From the NCBI GenBank assembly GCA_049840735.1, contig JASGJN010000011.1:32001-96000 (forward strand): a stretch of 64,000 nt of DNA. Direction: 5' to 3'. Under the pieces are notes generated by a model. That model worked only from the letters and a program-made list of their open reading frames with translations. It was not told the DNA's origin and did not search any database. Below, piece after piece: positions 9,878 through 18,736 of this stretch. The position numbers and the translations under genes are program-made. Origin of the DNA: Anaeromyxobacter sp. Its GTDB lineage: Bacteria > Myxococcota > Myxococcia > Myxococcales > Anaeromyxobacteraceae. Each line of letters starts with the position of its first letter. The stretch's first letter is position 1.

Positions 9878-11153
9878 CTACCGCGCCGCGTGCTCGCGGA
9901 TCAGCTCGCCGAGCCGGGTCAGCGCCAGGTCGCAGGTCTCCATGGACGGGCCGAAGGAGAAGCGGACGTAGCTCTTGAAGCGCGAGCCGTGGCGCGAGCG
10001 CCGCTTGCCGGGGTTCACGTCGAAGAACTCGCCGGGGACCACGATCACCTTCCGCTTGAGCGCCTCGCGGAAGAAGCCCATGCCGTCGTTGAGCGGCGGC
10101 GGGAGGTGGCCGACGTTGCCCCAGCAGTAGAACGTGCCGTCGGGCGAGCGATCGAACCGGACGCCGATGGCCTCCAGCCCCTGCAGCATGCGGCGCCGCT
10201 TCTCCCCGAAGACCTTGTGGATGGCCTCGGTCTCGGCGCGCACGTTCTCGTCCGCCAGCAGCGCGCAGGCGGCGCGCTGCAGCGGCTTGGAGCCGCCGCC
10301 GTCCAGGAACGAGCCGGCGCTGGCCACCGCGTCGATGATGGGCTTCGGCGCCACGGTCCAGGTGACGCGCCAGCCGGGGTAGCGCCAGTTCTTGGTGAGG
10401 CCGTCGAAGAGCACCACCGGGTCGCGGTCCACGTCCTCGACGTAGCGCGCGGCGCTCTCCACCGGCAGCCGGCCGGGGACGCCGGTCCAGACGTAGTGCG
10501 AGTAGAACTCGTCCATGAGCAGCGCGCAGTCCAGCTCGCGCGACAGCTCCACCCAGCGGCTCAGCTCCTCGCCCTGCACCAGCTTGCCGGTGGGGTTGCA
10601 GGGATTGGAGAGGAGCAGCGCCCCCAGCCCGCGCCCGGTGACCTCCTTGCGCAGGTCCTCCGCGGTGAAGGCGTAGCCGCGCTCGCCCTCGAGCAGGATG
10701 GGGATGGGCGTGAAGGTGCGGAAGAGGTCGAGCAGCTCCTCGTACGCGGTGTAGTCGGGCAGGAAGTGGCCCAGGTTGACCGGGCCGAGCGCCGCCGCGG
10801 CGCGGGTCAGCGAGGCGCGGCCGCCGCCGGAGATGGAGACGTTCTCGGCCCGGTACTGCGAGGGCAGGCCGCGCCGGTAGAGCCGGTTGTAGAGGCCGGC
10901 CACCTCCTCGCGCAGCTCCCACAGGCCGACCACCGGGGCGTACTCCTGGTCGTCCACGTGGACCGGGACGGTGTGCACGCGCTCGGGCGCGCCGGTCAGC
11001 GGGCCGGTGTCGGGCTGCCCCTGGCCCAGGTTGCACCAGTCGGGATCGCCCATCCTGAAGCCGAGCTTCATGGCCTCGGCGGTCACGAAGAATCACGCCG
11101 GTACGCGGGACGGTCCGGAAGGAGGAGAGGCGGTGGGTGGTGTCGTCGCTCAC
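9878..11153 (-). CDS. PLP-dependent aminotransferase class I/II; frameshift near 11091
   Basis: NLGQGQP, SNPCNPTG, DEFY, GLTKNWRYPGWR, VRFSF; N-terminus lies in the adjacent frame. Confidence 0.92.
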
Positions 11154-11165
11154 GGGAGGCGCAGG

Positions 11166-12347
11166 TTAGCACGGGCGCGGGACGAGATCGCTCGCGTCCG
11201 GGAGCACCAGCACGTCCGGCGCGGGACGGCCGACGAGCTCGCGGGCGCGCTCCAGCGCGCCGGCCAGGTCCGGCGCCCAGCGGGCGTAGGTCTGCGCCAC
11301 GACCTGCTCCGGCATCCCCGAGACCAGGAACAGCGTGTAGCGGGCGGGCAGGTAGCGCCGCACGCCCAGCGCGAAGATCCCCTGGTTCACCACCTGCAGC
11401 GGGCCGACGCCGTCCGGGCACTCGGCGCAGAGCACCAGCACGCCGCCGTCGCGCAGCAGCGCGCCCCCCGGCGGCACCAGCTTCGAGGCCTGGTAGAGGC
11501 TGGCGCTGACCGGGAGCGGCGCCGAGACCACCACCACGTCTGCTGGCGACGCGGCCACTTCGCACCAGGGGGCGGCCAGCGCGGCGCCGGCCCGGTGCGC
11601 GGCCACCGGGTGGCCGGCCACCGCCCCCAGCACCGCCCCGCCCACCTCCACCACGTTGAGCAGGCACGCGCGCGGCGCGGCCAGCGCGGCCGCCTCCTCG
11701 AGATCCTCGCGGCAGGGGTTGCCGTCGGCGCGACCGAGCCGCGCGTCGGGCGCGGCCTTGAGCAGGTGGTTCTGGCGGATGTCGGCCTCGGCGCCCAGGC
11801 CGGGGAAGATCCCCTTGGCGCCGCCGCCCCAGCCGGCGAAGTAGTGCGGCTTCACGCGGCCGGTGGAGATCACCAGGTCGGCCTCGGGCAGGCAGCGGTT
11901 CACGCGCACGCGCGTGCCGCGCGCGGTCCGGCCCACCTCCACCAGCGCGGCCTCGTCGCGCGCGTCGTGGTTCACCACACGGTGGGCCCGCAGCGCCTGG
12001 GCGGGCAGGCCGAGCCCGTCGGGCGGCCCGGGCGCGTGGGTGCCGTTGGCGATGGCCAGCGTGAGGTGGTGGTCGGGGACGGCCGGGAGCGCGCGGCGCA
12101 CCGCCGCGTACAGCTCGGCGCGCGGCTCGTCGCGCGAGGCGTCGCTCACGATCACCAGCACCCGGTCCTGCGCGCCGGCGCCCAGCGGCGCCGCGCCGAT
12201 GGGCGCGGCCAGCGCGGCGTCCAGCGCTGCCGCGAGATCGGGCACCGCGACCGGCGTGGGCGCGCGGATGACCCGTGCCCCCACGTCCCTCGGGAACGGG
12301 AGCGGCGAACTGCCGTAGGGGAGCGTCAACTCGCCACTGCCTGGCAT
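11166..12347 (-). CDS. LarA-family (lactate racemase-like, DUF2088) nickel-pincer enzyme
   Basis: LPYG start, SDASR, ANGTH, NHD, PHYFAGWGGGAKGIFPG, NH, NPCRED, LYQASK, AECPDG. Confidence 0.85.
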   Translation of the reverse strand: MPGSGELTLPYGSSPLPFPRDVGARVIRAPTPVAVPDLAAALDAALAAPIGAAPLGAGAQDRVLVIVSDASRDEPRAELYAAVRRALPAVPDHHLTLAIANGTHAPGPPDGLGLPAQALRAHRVVNHDARDEAALVEVGRTARGTRVRVNRCLPEADLVISTGRVKPHYFAGWGGGAKGIFPGLGAEADIRQNHLLKAAPDARLGRADGNPCREDLEEAAALAAPRACLLNVVEVGGAVLGAVAGHPVAAHRAGAALAAPWCEVAASPADVVVVSAPLPVSASLYQASKLVPPGGALLRDGGVLVLCAECPDGVGPLQVVNQGIFALGVRRYLPARYTLFLVSGMPEQVVAQTYARWAPDLAGALERARELVGRPAPDVLVLPDASDLVPRPC

Positions 12348-12420
12348 GGCCCCGGAGCATATACCAGGGGCGCCCCCGCCGGCCGCTCCTGGACCGGCGT
12401 GCGATGCTGCGGAGGATGGC

Positions 12421-13890
12421 GTGCCGAGGAGCAAGTGGCGACATGGTGGGATGCTGATGGCGGGCGTGGGGACGGGCCTGGCGGCCGCCGCGCTGGTGAC
12501 GAGCAAGCGGCAGCGCCGCGAGCTCTCCCGCGCGCTGCGTGAGCAGCCCCTGCCCCGCGTGGTGATCGTGGGCGGCGGGTTCGGCGGCCTGTCGGCCGCC
12601 CGCTCCCTGGCCGGCGCGCCCGTCAAGGTCACCCTCATCGACCGCCGCAACCACCACCTGTTCCAGCCGCTCCTCTACCAGGTGGCCACCGCCGGGCTGA
12701 ACCCATCGGACATCTCGGCCCCCATCCGCCACGTGCTCCGCCACCAGCTCAACGCCGAGGTGGTGCTGGGCGACGTGAAGGGCATCGACCCCGACCGGCG
12801 CACGGTGCGGCTCGCCGACGGCGCCGCCGTGGGCTACGACTTCCTGATCCTGGCCACCGGGGCCACGCACTCCTACTTCGGCCGCGACGACTGGGCCCCA
12901 CTGGCCCCCGGCCTCAAGACCATCGAGGACGCGCTGGAGATCCGCCGCCGCGTGCTGCTCGCCTTCGAGCAGGCCGAGCGCGAGACCGATCCGGCCGTGC
13001 GCCAGGCGCTGCTCACCTTCGTGGTGGTCGGCGGCGGCCCCACCGGCGTCGAGCTGGCCGGCGCGCTGGCCGAGATCGCCAAGCACACGCTCGCGTCCGA
13101 CTTCCGGCACATCGCCCCGGAGAGCGCGCGGGTGGTGCTGCTCGAGGCGCTGCCGCACATCCTCCCCGCCTTCTCGCCCGGCCTGCAGGAGAACGCCCGC
13201 AAGCAGCTCCAGAAGATCGGCGTGGAGGTCCGCACCGGCGGCCGGGTCACCGGCATCGACGCGGCCGGCGTGACGGTGGGTACGGATCGCATCGCCGCGC
13301 GGACCGTGCTGTGGGGCGCCGGCGTGGCCGGCTCGCCGCTGGCCCGCGCGCTGGGCGTGAAGCTCGACCGCGCCGGGCGCGTGGAGGTCCAGCCGGACCT
13401 GACGGTCCCGGGACGGCCGGAGATCTACGTCATCGGCGACCTGGCGGCGCTGAAGCAGCTGGACGGCTCGCCGGTGCCGGGCGTCGCGCCGGCCGCGGGC
13501 CAGGAGGGCCGCCACGCGGCGGACAACATCCTGCGCTCGCTGCGCACCGAGCCGCGCCGGCCGTTCAAGTACCTCGACAAGGGCATGCTGGCCACCATCG
13601 GCCGGGCCGCGGCGGTGGGCGCGGTGCGCGGGTTCGAGTTCCACGGCCTGACGGCCTGGCTGGCCTGGCTCTTCGTCCACGTCTTCTTCCTGATCGGCTT
13701 CCGCAACCGCGTGGCGGTGACGCTGCAGTGGGCCTGGTCGTACCTGACCTTCGCCCGCGGCGCGCGGCTCATCACCGACACGGCCGAGCAGTGGCGGCTC
13801 ATCGCCGAGAAGCGCGCGCCGGAGCTCCCGGAGGCGACGCCCCCGCCCGCGGCCGAGGGCGCCCGCGCGCGCGAGGCGACGCTCCAGTAG
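12421..13890 (+). CDS. ndh: Type II NADH dehydrogenase (NAD(P)/FAD oxidoreductase)
   Basis: VVIVGGGFGG, HLFQPLLYQVAT, VVGGGPTGVELAG, F.YLDKG..ATIGR; GTG start after GGAGGA. Confidence 0.92.
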   Translation: MPRSKWRHGGMLMAGVGTGLAAAALVTSKRQRRELSRALREQPLPRVVIVGGGFGGLSAARSLAGAPVKVTLIDRRNHHLFQPLLYQVATAGLNPSDISAPIRHVLRHQLNAEVVLGDVKGIDPDRRTVRLADGAAVGYDFLILATGATHSYFGRDDWAPLAPGLKTIEDALEIRRRVLLAFEQAERETDPAVRQALLTFVVVGGGPTGVELAGALAEIAKHTLASDFRHIAPESARVVLLEALPHILPAFSPGLQENARKQLQKIGVEVRTGGRVTGIDAAGVTVGTDRIAARTVLWGAGVAGSPLARALGVKLDRAGRVEVQPDLTVPGRPEIYVIGDLAALKQLDGSPVPGVAPAAGQEGRHAADNILRSLRTEPRRPFKYLDKGMLATIGRAAAVGAVRGFEFHGLTAWLAWLFVHVFFLIGFRNRVAVTLQWAWSYLTFARGARLITDTAEQWRLIAEKRAPELPEATPPPAAEGARAREATLQ

Positions 13891-13977
13891 GTGGCTGCCG
13901 CACCTCCGCGCCGCGGGGATCGCCCCCTGCCCTTCCGGCCGCTTGCCCCGGCGCACGGGCTCGCCTATGCCCGGCCC

Positions 13978-14385
13978 ATGAACTCGGCCGAGCTGGAGGT
14001 GCTGGAGGCCAACGCGGCCTTCTACCGGGCCTTCGCCCAGGGCAACGCCCTGGCGATGTCGCGCCTCTGGTCCGAGCAGCTGCCGGTGGCCTGCATCCAC
14101 CCGGGCTGGGACGTGCTGGACGGGCGCGAGGAGGTGCTGGAGAGCTGGCGGCAGATCCTCGAGCCGGGGAACTCGCCCGAGGTCGCCTGCTCGCTGGCCG
14201 AGGCGCGCGTGCTGGGCGACGTCGCCTACGTCACCTGCCGCGAGTCGATCGACGACGCCCGGCTGGCGGTGACCAACGTCTTCGCCCGGGAGGGCGGCGG
14301 GTGGCGGCTGGTCCTGCACCAGGCCACGCCCATCGCCCCGGGCCAGGCGCGCCCGGAGCCGACCGGGGGCGGGCTGCAGAACTAG
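13978..14385 (+). CDS. SnoaL-like / NTF2 family protein
   Basis: ANAAFYRAF, CIHPGW, V..SW..I, TNVF, WRLV.HQA. Confidence 0.88.
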   Translation: MNSAELEVLEANAAFYRAFAQGNALAMSRLWSEQLPVACIHPGWDVLDGREEVLESWRQILEPGNSPEVACSLAEARVLGDVAYVTCRESIDDARLAVTNVFAREGGGWRLVLHQATPIAPGQARPEPTGGGLQN

Positions 14386-14417
14386 GCGCGGCTGCTGCAG
14401 CCGCCGCCCGCCTGGAT

Positions 14418-14467
14418 CCGGTCAGCCTGAGCGTAGCCGCCGCGGAGCGGCGGCGGAGTCGAAGGCC
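14418..14467 (+). repeat. REP-like hairpin repeat, family A
   Basis: CCGGTCAGCCTGAGCGTAG-[hairpin]-GGAGTCGAAGGCC; related copies at 20658, 20738, 26109, 42417, 42478. Confidence 0.8.
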
Positions 14468-14487
14468 GGCCCGTTGCGCTCGAGCCC

Positions 14488-15264
14488 CTACGCCTCCCGC
14501 TCAGCGGTCGCCGTCCCTGACACGGCCACCGGCGCCGCCTTCCCGCGCAGCTCCTGCACCGCGGCCTCGATGCGCGCGCGCACCGCGTCGCGCAGGGCGA
14601 CCGCGTCGTCGCCGAAGGGCTCGATGGCCATCGGCTCGAGGATGCGGGCGGTGGCGCGGCAGGGGCGGACCCACGGGTTGCCCTTGGGCAGGCCGCGGGC
14701 GGTGCCGGCCACGGCCACCGGGAGCACCGGGACCTTGGCGTCGAGCGCCAGCCGGAAGGCGCCGGACTTGAACGGCAGGAGCGTCCCGCGGGTGGAGCGG
14801 GTGCCCTCCGGGAAGATCATCACGTTCATGCCGTGCGCCAGGTAGCGGCGCGCCCTGGCCAGCGCGGCGCCGCCGCTCTCCGAGTTGCCGCGGGTGACGG
14901 GGATGTCGCCGGCCAGCCGGAACATCCAGCCCACCCAGGGGACGTCGAAGAGCGACGCCTTGGCCACCCACTTCATCTCGCGGGGGATGTGCGAGATGAG
15001 GAGGATGTCGAGCATGGACTCGTGGTTCGCCACCACGACGTACGGCCCCTTGCCCGGGAAGCGTCCCTCGACCTGGAGCCGCCAGGGCGGGAACGTCTTG
15101 GCCATGCCCACGGCGGCCAGGCGCAGGAAGCGCCCGGCCACGGCGCGGTTCCGGTCGAAGGGCCAGGTGACGAGCAGCAGCAGCGCCTGGAGCGGCAGCG
15201 TCACCAGCACCAGGAGCAGCGAGACGAGGTAGCCGGCGGCGGCGACGGGGGCGTAGGCGTACAC
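14488..15264 (-). CDS. 1-acyl-sn-glycerol-3-phosphate acyltransferase (PlsC family)
   Basis: NHESMLD (NHx4D) and FPEGTRS motifs. Confidence 0.92.
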   Translation of the reverse strand: MYAYAPVAAAGYLVSLLLVLVTLPLQALLLLVTWPFDRNRAVAGRFLRLAAVGMAKTFPPWRLQVEGRFPGKGPYVVVANHESMLDILLISHIPREMKWVAKASLFDVPWVGWMFRLAGDIPVTRGNSESGGAALARARRYLAHGMNVMIFPEGTRSTRGTLLPFKSGAFRLALDAKVPVLPVAVAGTARGLPKGNPWVRPCRATARILEPMAIEPFGDDAVALRDAVRARIEAAVQELRGKAAPVAVSGTATAEREA

Positions 15265-15288
15265 GCGGCGGATCCTGCGCGAAGATGG

Positions 15289-16725
15289 TCACCACTTCGT
15301 CACGGACGCCACCGCCGGCCCGGCCGGTGGCCGGGCCTGGTGGTGCGCCGTGCGCGCCTGGAAGAGCGCCGCGGCCGAGAGCAGCCGGACCTCCTCCAGC
15401 GGCGCCCCCACCAGCTGCAGCGAGACCGGGAGCCCGCCCGAGAACCCCATGGGCAGCGCCACGGCCGGCAGGCCGGCCAGGTTGCCGGCCGCGCCCAGCG
15501 GATCCGGGAAGTCGAAGAGCGGGTCGAAGTCCTCCTCCACGCGCGGCGGCGGGTACGGCAGGTTGGGCGCGAGCACCAGGTCGTACCGCTCGAAGAAGCC
15601 GACCAGCTGCCGCTGCAGCTCGCCGCGCACGCGCATGGCGCGCACGTAGTCGGACGGGTTGCCCTTGGGCAGGTAGTCCCCGGGCGACTTCTCCTGGTGC
15701 GAGCGGTCGGCCAGCTGCTTCGTCCGGCCGCTGCGGATCAGCTCCTCGAAGGCGGTGGCGGCCTCGGCCTCGATGAAGAAGGAGGCCAGCGGCTCGAAGG
15801 GCAGCGCCGGCAGCTCTGCCGGCGCGAGCAGCGCGCCGGCGTCGGCGAAGACCTGCTGGGCCTCGGACCAGGCGCGCTCGGTGGCCTCGCCCACCGGCCG
15901 CTTCGCCGGCATGGGCAGCACGGCCACCCGCAGGCCGGCCACCACCTCGGGCTTGACGCGCTCCAGCCCGGCGGGCGGCGGGAGCGTGGAGGGATCTCGC
16001 GGGTCCACCCCGGCGATGGCGGCCAGCACGCGCGCGCAGTCCTCGGCGGAGCGGGCGATGGGGCCGAGCTTGTCCATCGACCAGGAGAGCGCCATGGCGC
16101 CGTGGCGCGAGACCAGGCCGTAGGTGGGGCGCAGGCCGGTCACGCCGCAGAACGCGGACGGGCAGGTGATGGAGCCCCAGGTCTCGGAGCCGATGGCGAA
16201 CGGCACCAGCCCGGCCGCCACCGCCGAGGCCGAGCCGGAGGAGGAGCCGCCGGCCCAGCGCGCCGGATCCCACGGCGTGCGGCAGGGGCCGTTCAGCGCG
16301 GCCTGGCCGGTGTGGTAGCCGAGCCCGCCGGCCAGCTCGACCATGGAGAGCTTGGCCACCAGCACCGCGCCGGCGTCGCGCAGCCGGCGCGCCACGGTGG
16401 CGTCGCGGGCCGGCACGCGGTCGGCGTAGGGGGCGGCGCCGAAGGTGGTGCGGATGCCCTCGGTGTCCACCAGGTCCTTGAGGCCGTAGGGGATGCCGTG
16501 CAGCGGGCCGCGCCAGCGACCCCCGGCCAGCTCCGCCTCGGCGGCGCGCGCCTCGGCCAGCGCCCGCTCGCGCGTGAGCGTCACCACGCAGCCCAGGGCG
16601 GGGCCGCGCCGCTCCAGCCGCTCCAGGCAGGCCTCGGCCAGCGCCACCGGCGAGAGCTCGCGCGCGCGCAGCGCCTTCGACAGCGCGGCCAGCCCGGAGA
16701 AGAGGACGTCGTCGGAGATGGTCAT
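15289..16725 (-). CDS. Amidase signature family enzyme (GatA/AtzE-like)
   Basis: GPLHGIPYGLKD, GGSSSGSA, IGSETWGSI.CP. Confidence 0.93.
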   Translation of the reverse strand: MTISDDVLFSGLAALSKALRARELSPVALAEACLERLERRGPALGCVVTLTRERALAEARAAEAELAGGRWRGPLHGIPYGLKDLVDTEGIRTTFGAAPYADRVPARDATVARRLRDAGAVLVAKLSMVELAGGLGYHTGQAALNGPCRTPWDPARWAGGSSSGSASAVAAGLVPFAIGSETWGSITCPSAFCGVTGLRPTYGLVSRHGAMALSWSMDKLGPIARSAEDCARVLAAIAGVDPRDPSTLPPPAGLERVKPEVVAGLRVAVLPMPAKRPVGEATERAWSEAQQVFADAGALLAPAELPALPFEPLASFFIEAEAATAFEELIRSGRTKQLADRSHQEKSPGDYLPKGNPSDYVRAMRVRGELQRQLVGFFERYDLVLAPNLPYPPPRVEEDFDPLFDFPDPLGAAGNLAGLPAVALPMGFSGGLPVSLQLVGAPLEEVRLLSAAALFQARTAHHQARPPAGPAVASVTKW

Positions 16726-16729
16726 GGCG

Positions 16730-16975
16730 TCAGTCCGGGCGCACCGGGAGGGCGCGGAAGATCAGGGCCGGCTCGGCCTCGAGCTCGAGCGGGAAGGCCC
16801 GCAGCGGCTCGAGCGCGTCGCCGCCGCCGGCGGGCGCCTGGCCCGCGCCGGCGGGGGCGGCGCTGGGCGCGGCGGCGGAGGTGGTGGCGCAGCCGGCCGC
16901 TGCTGCGGCGGCGGCCGGCGCCAGGGCGAGCGTGCGCAGGAAGCTGCGGCGGGGGGTCCCGGATCGGCTGGACAT
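16730..16975 (-). CDS. Small Tat-signal (lipo)protein, probable amidase partner
   Basis: PRRSFL twin-arginine motif, AAGC lipobox, C-terminal LRAFPL...EPALIF; AGGAG RBS; ends 4 nt before the amidase start. Confidence 0.7.
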   Translation of the reverse strand: MSSRSGTPRRSFLRTLALAPAAAAAAAGCATTSAAAPSAAPAGAGQAPAGGGDALEPLRAFPLELEAEPALIFRALPVRPD

Positions 16976-17074
16976 GCCGATCTCCTACCACGCCCCGGAA
17001 CGGGCGGCGGCGCGGCGCGACGGGGGGCCCTCGCCGGTGTGGCCCGGCGGGCCGTCCCGGGCCAGAATCACCGG

Positions 17075-18004
17075 GTGCCCGAGCTGCCGGACATCCAGGT
17101 CTACGTCGAGGCCATCGCCGCGCGGGCGCAGGGGCTGCCGCTGGAGCGCGTCCGGCTGGGCAACCCGTTCCTGCTGCGCTCGGCCGACCCGCCGCTGGCG
17201 GAGGCCTCCGGGCGGCGGCTGGAGGCGGTGCGCCGGATGGGAAAGCGGATCGTGCTGGCGCTGGAGGGCGACCTCTTCCTGGCGCTGCACCTCATGATCG
17301 CCGGCCGGCTCCACTGGAAGGACCCGGGGGCCAAGCTGCCGGGCAAGGTGGGGCTGGCGGCGTTCGACTTCCCCAGCGGCACGCTCACGCTCACCGAGGC
17401 CGGCACCAAGCGGCGCGCGGCGCTCCACCTGGTGCGGGGCGAGGCGGGGCTGCGCGCGCTGGACCGCGGCGGGGTGGAGCCGCTGGAAGTGGACCTGCCC
17501 GGCTTCGCCGCCGCGCTGCGCAGCGGGAACCACACGCTGAAGCGCGCCCTCGACCGACCCCGCGCTCTTCTCCGGGATCGGCAACGCCTACTCCGACGAG
17601 ATCCTCCACCGCGCCCGGCTCTCGCCGGTGAAGCTCACCTCGCGCCTCACCGACGAGGAGGTGGCCGCGCTCTTCGCGGCCACGCGCGAGCTGCTCGACG
17701 CCTGGACCGAGCGGCTGCGGCGCGAGGCCGGCGCGGCCTTCCCGGAGGGCGTGACCGCCTTCCGCGACGGCATGGCGGTGCACGGGCGCCACCGCCAGCC
17801 CTGCCCGGTCTGCGGCACCGCCGTGCAGCGGATCGTGCGCGCGGAGAACGAGGTCAACTACTGCCCTCGCTGCCAGACCGGCGGGCAGATCCTCTGGATC
17901 GCTCGCTGGCGCGGCTGCTGAAGCAGGACTGGCCGAAGACCATCGACGAGCTGGAGAAGAACCCGGCCCTGGGGCTCCGGGCCCCGCCCACGGAGCAGGC
18001 ATGA
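17075..18004 (+). CDS. Fpg/Nei family DNA glycosylase; frameshifts near 17550 and 17893
   Basis: MPELPD start, RMGK, HLMIAG, GIGNAYSDEIL, zinc finger CPVC...CPRCQ. Confidence 0.9.
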   Translation: MPELPDIQVYVEAIAARAQGLPLERVRLGNPFLLRSADPPLAEASGRRLEAVRRMGKRIVLALEGDLFLALHLMIAGRLHWKDPGAKLPGKVGLAAFDFPSGTLTLTEAGTKRRAALHLVRGEAGLRALDRGGVEPLEVDLPGFAAALRSGNHTLKRALDRPRALLRDRQRLLRRDPPPRPALAGEAHLAPHRRGGGRALRGHARAARRLDRAAAARGRRGLPGGRDRLPRRHGGARAPPPALPGLRHRRAADRARGERGQLLPSLPDRRADPLDRSLARLLKQDWPKTIDELEKNPALGLRAPPTEQA

Positions 18005-18481
18005 CGACCCGCGAACAGTCGGTGGCGGCGCTGCGCGAGCGCGCCCGGATCCTCTACGAGGGGAAGGTGGTGGCCCACCGCAGCTGCGGCATCGCGGTGG
18101 CGGCCACCTTCGGCCGGCCCACCGGCGCGTACCAGGCGCTGCGCAAGGGCGGCCTCACCGGCGAGGGGACCTGCGGGGCGGTGCTGGCCGGCCAGCTGGT
18201 GCTGGGGGAGCTGCTGGGCGATCCGGATCCCGGCCGGGCCGCCCACGCCGGCGCTGCGCGAGGCCATGCTCCGCTACCGCGCCGAGATCGCCGGGCGGCT
18301 CGACCGCGGCGGCGCCGCCACGCTGGTGTGCAACGACCTGACCGCTCGCTTCCCCGTCTTCCAGGGGCCGGAGCGGGCGGCCTTCTGCACGTCCCTCGCG
18401 GCCACCGTGGCCGAGATCGTGGCCGGGATCGCCTACGACGCCGGCGTGGTGATCGAGCCCGGGCCGCTGCCGGAGCGGTGA
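18001..18481 (+). CDS. C-GCAxxG-C-C family putative redox protein; frameshift near 18230
   Basis: SC...GTCGAVLAG...LVC...FC across two frames; ATGA overlap with the glycosylase. Confidence 0.75.
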
Positions 18482-18482
18482 C

Positions 18483-18537
18483 GCAGGGGTGGAGCCCCGA
18501 CGGCTCAGCCGGGCGGGGCGGGGGGCGCAGCCCCCGT
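18483..18537 (-). repeat. Intergenic hairpin repeat, family B
   Basis: Reverse complement closely matches 53462-53514 (ACGGGGGCTGCGCCCCC...GCCGTCGGGG.CCACCCCTGC). Confidence 0.75.
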
Positions 18538-18736
18538 GTGATTGACCGCGCGCCCGCCCGGCGGCGCTCACCTCCGCCGGAAATCGCTGACATTGCGCAC
18601 ATATATCGTGCTTGCGCCCGCTCGCCCGTCCGTGGCGTCGACGGGTCTGTCCATGCAACAAGGGACAGACCCAACTGAGGCGCCCTGGGAGGACGGCGGC
18701 TGAATCGCCGGGGGAGCGCCCTTCGACCCGGGAGGC

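Noticed and set aside
14418..14467. Hammerhead ribozyme reading of family A repeats (CTGA...GAA)
   Set aside because: Lacks the CUGAnGA/GAAA core and three-stem arrangement
15289..16725. gatA assignment
   Set aside because: No gatB adjacent; SETWGS motif and Tat partner point to a different amidase subfamily
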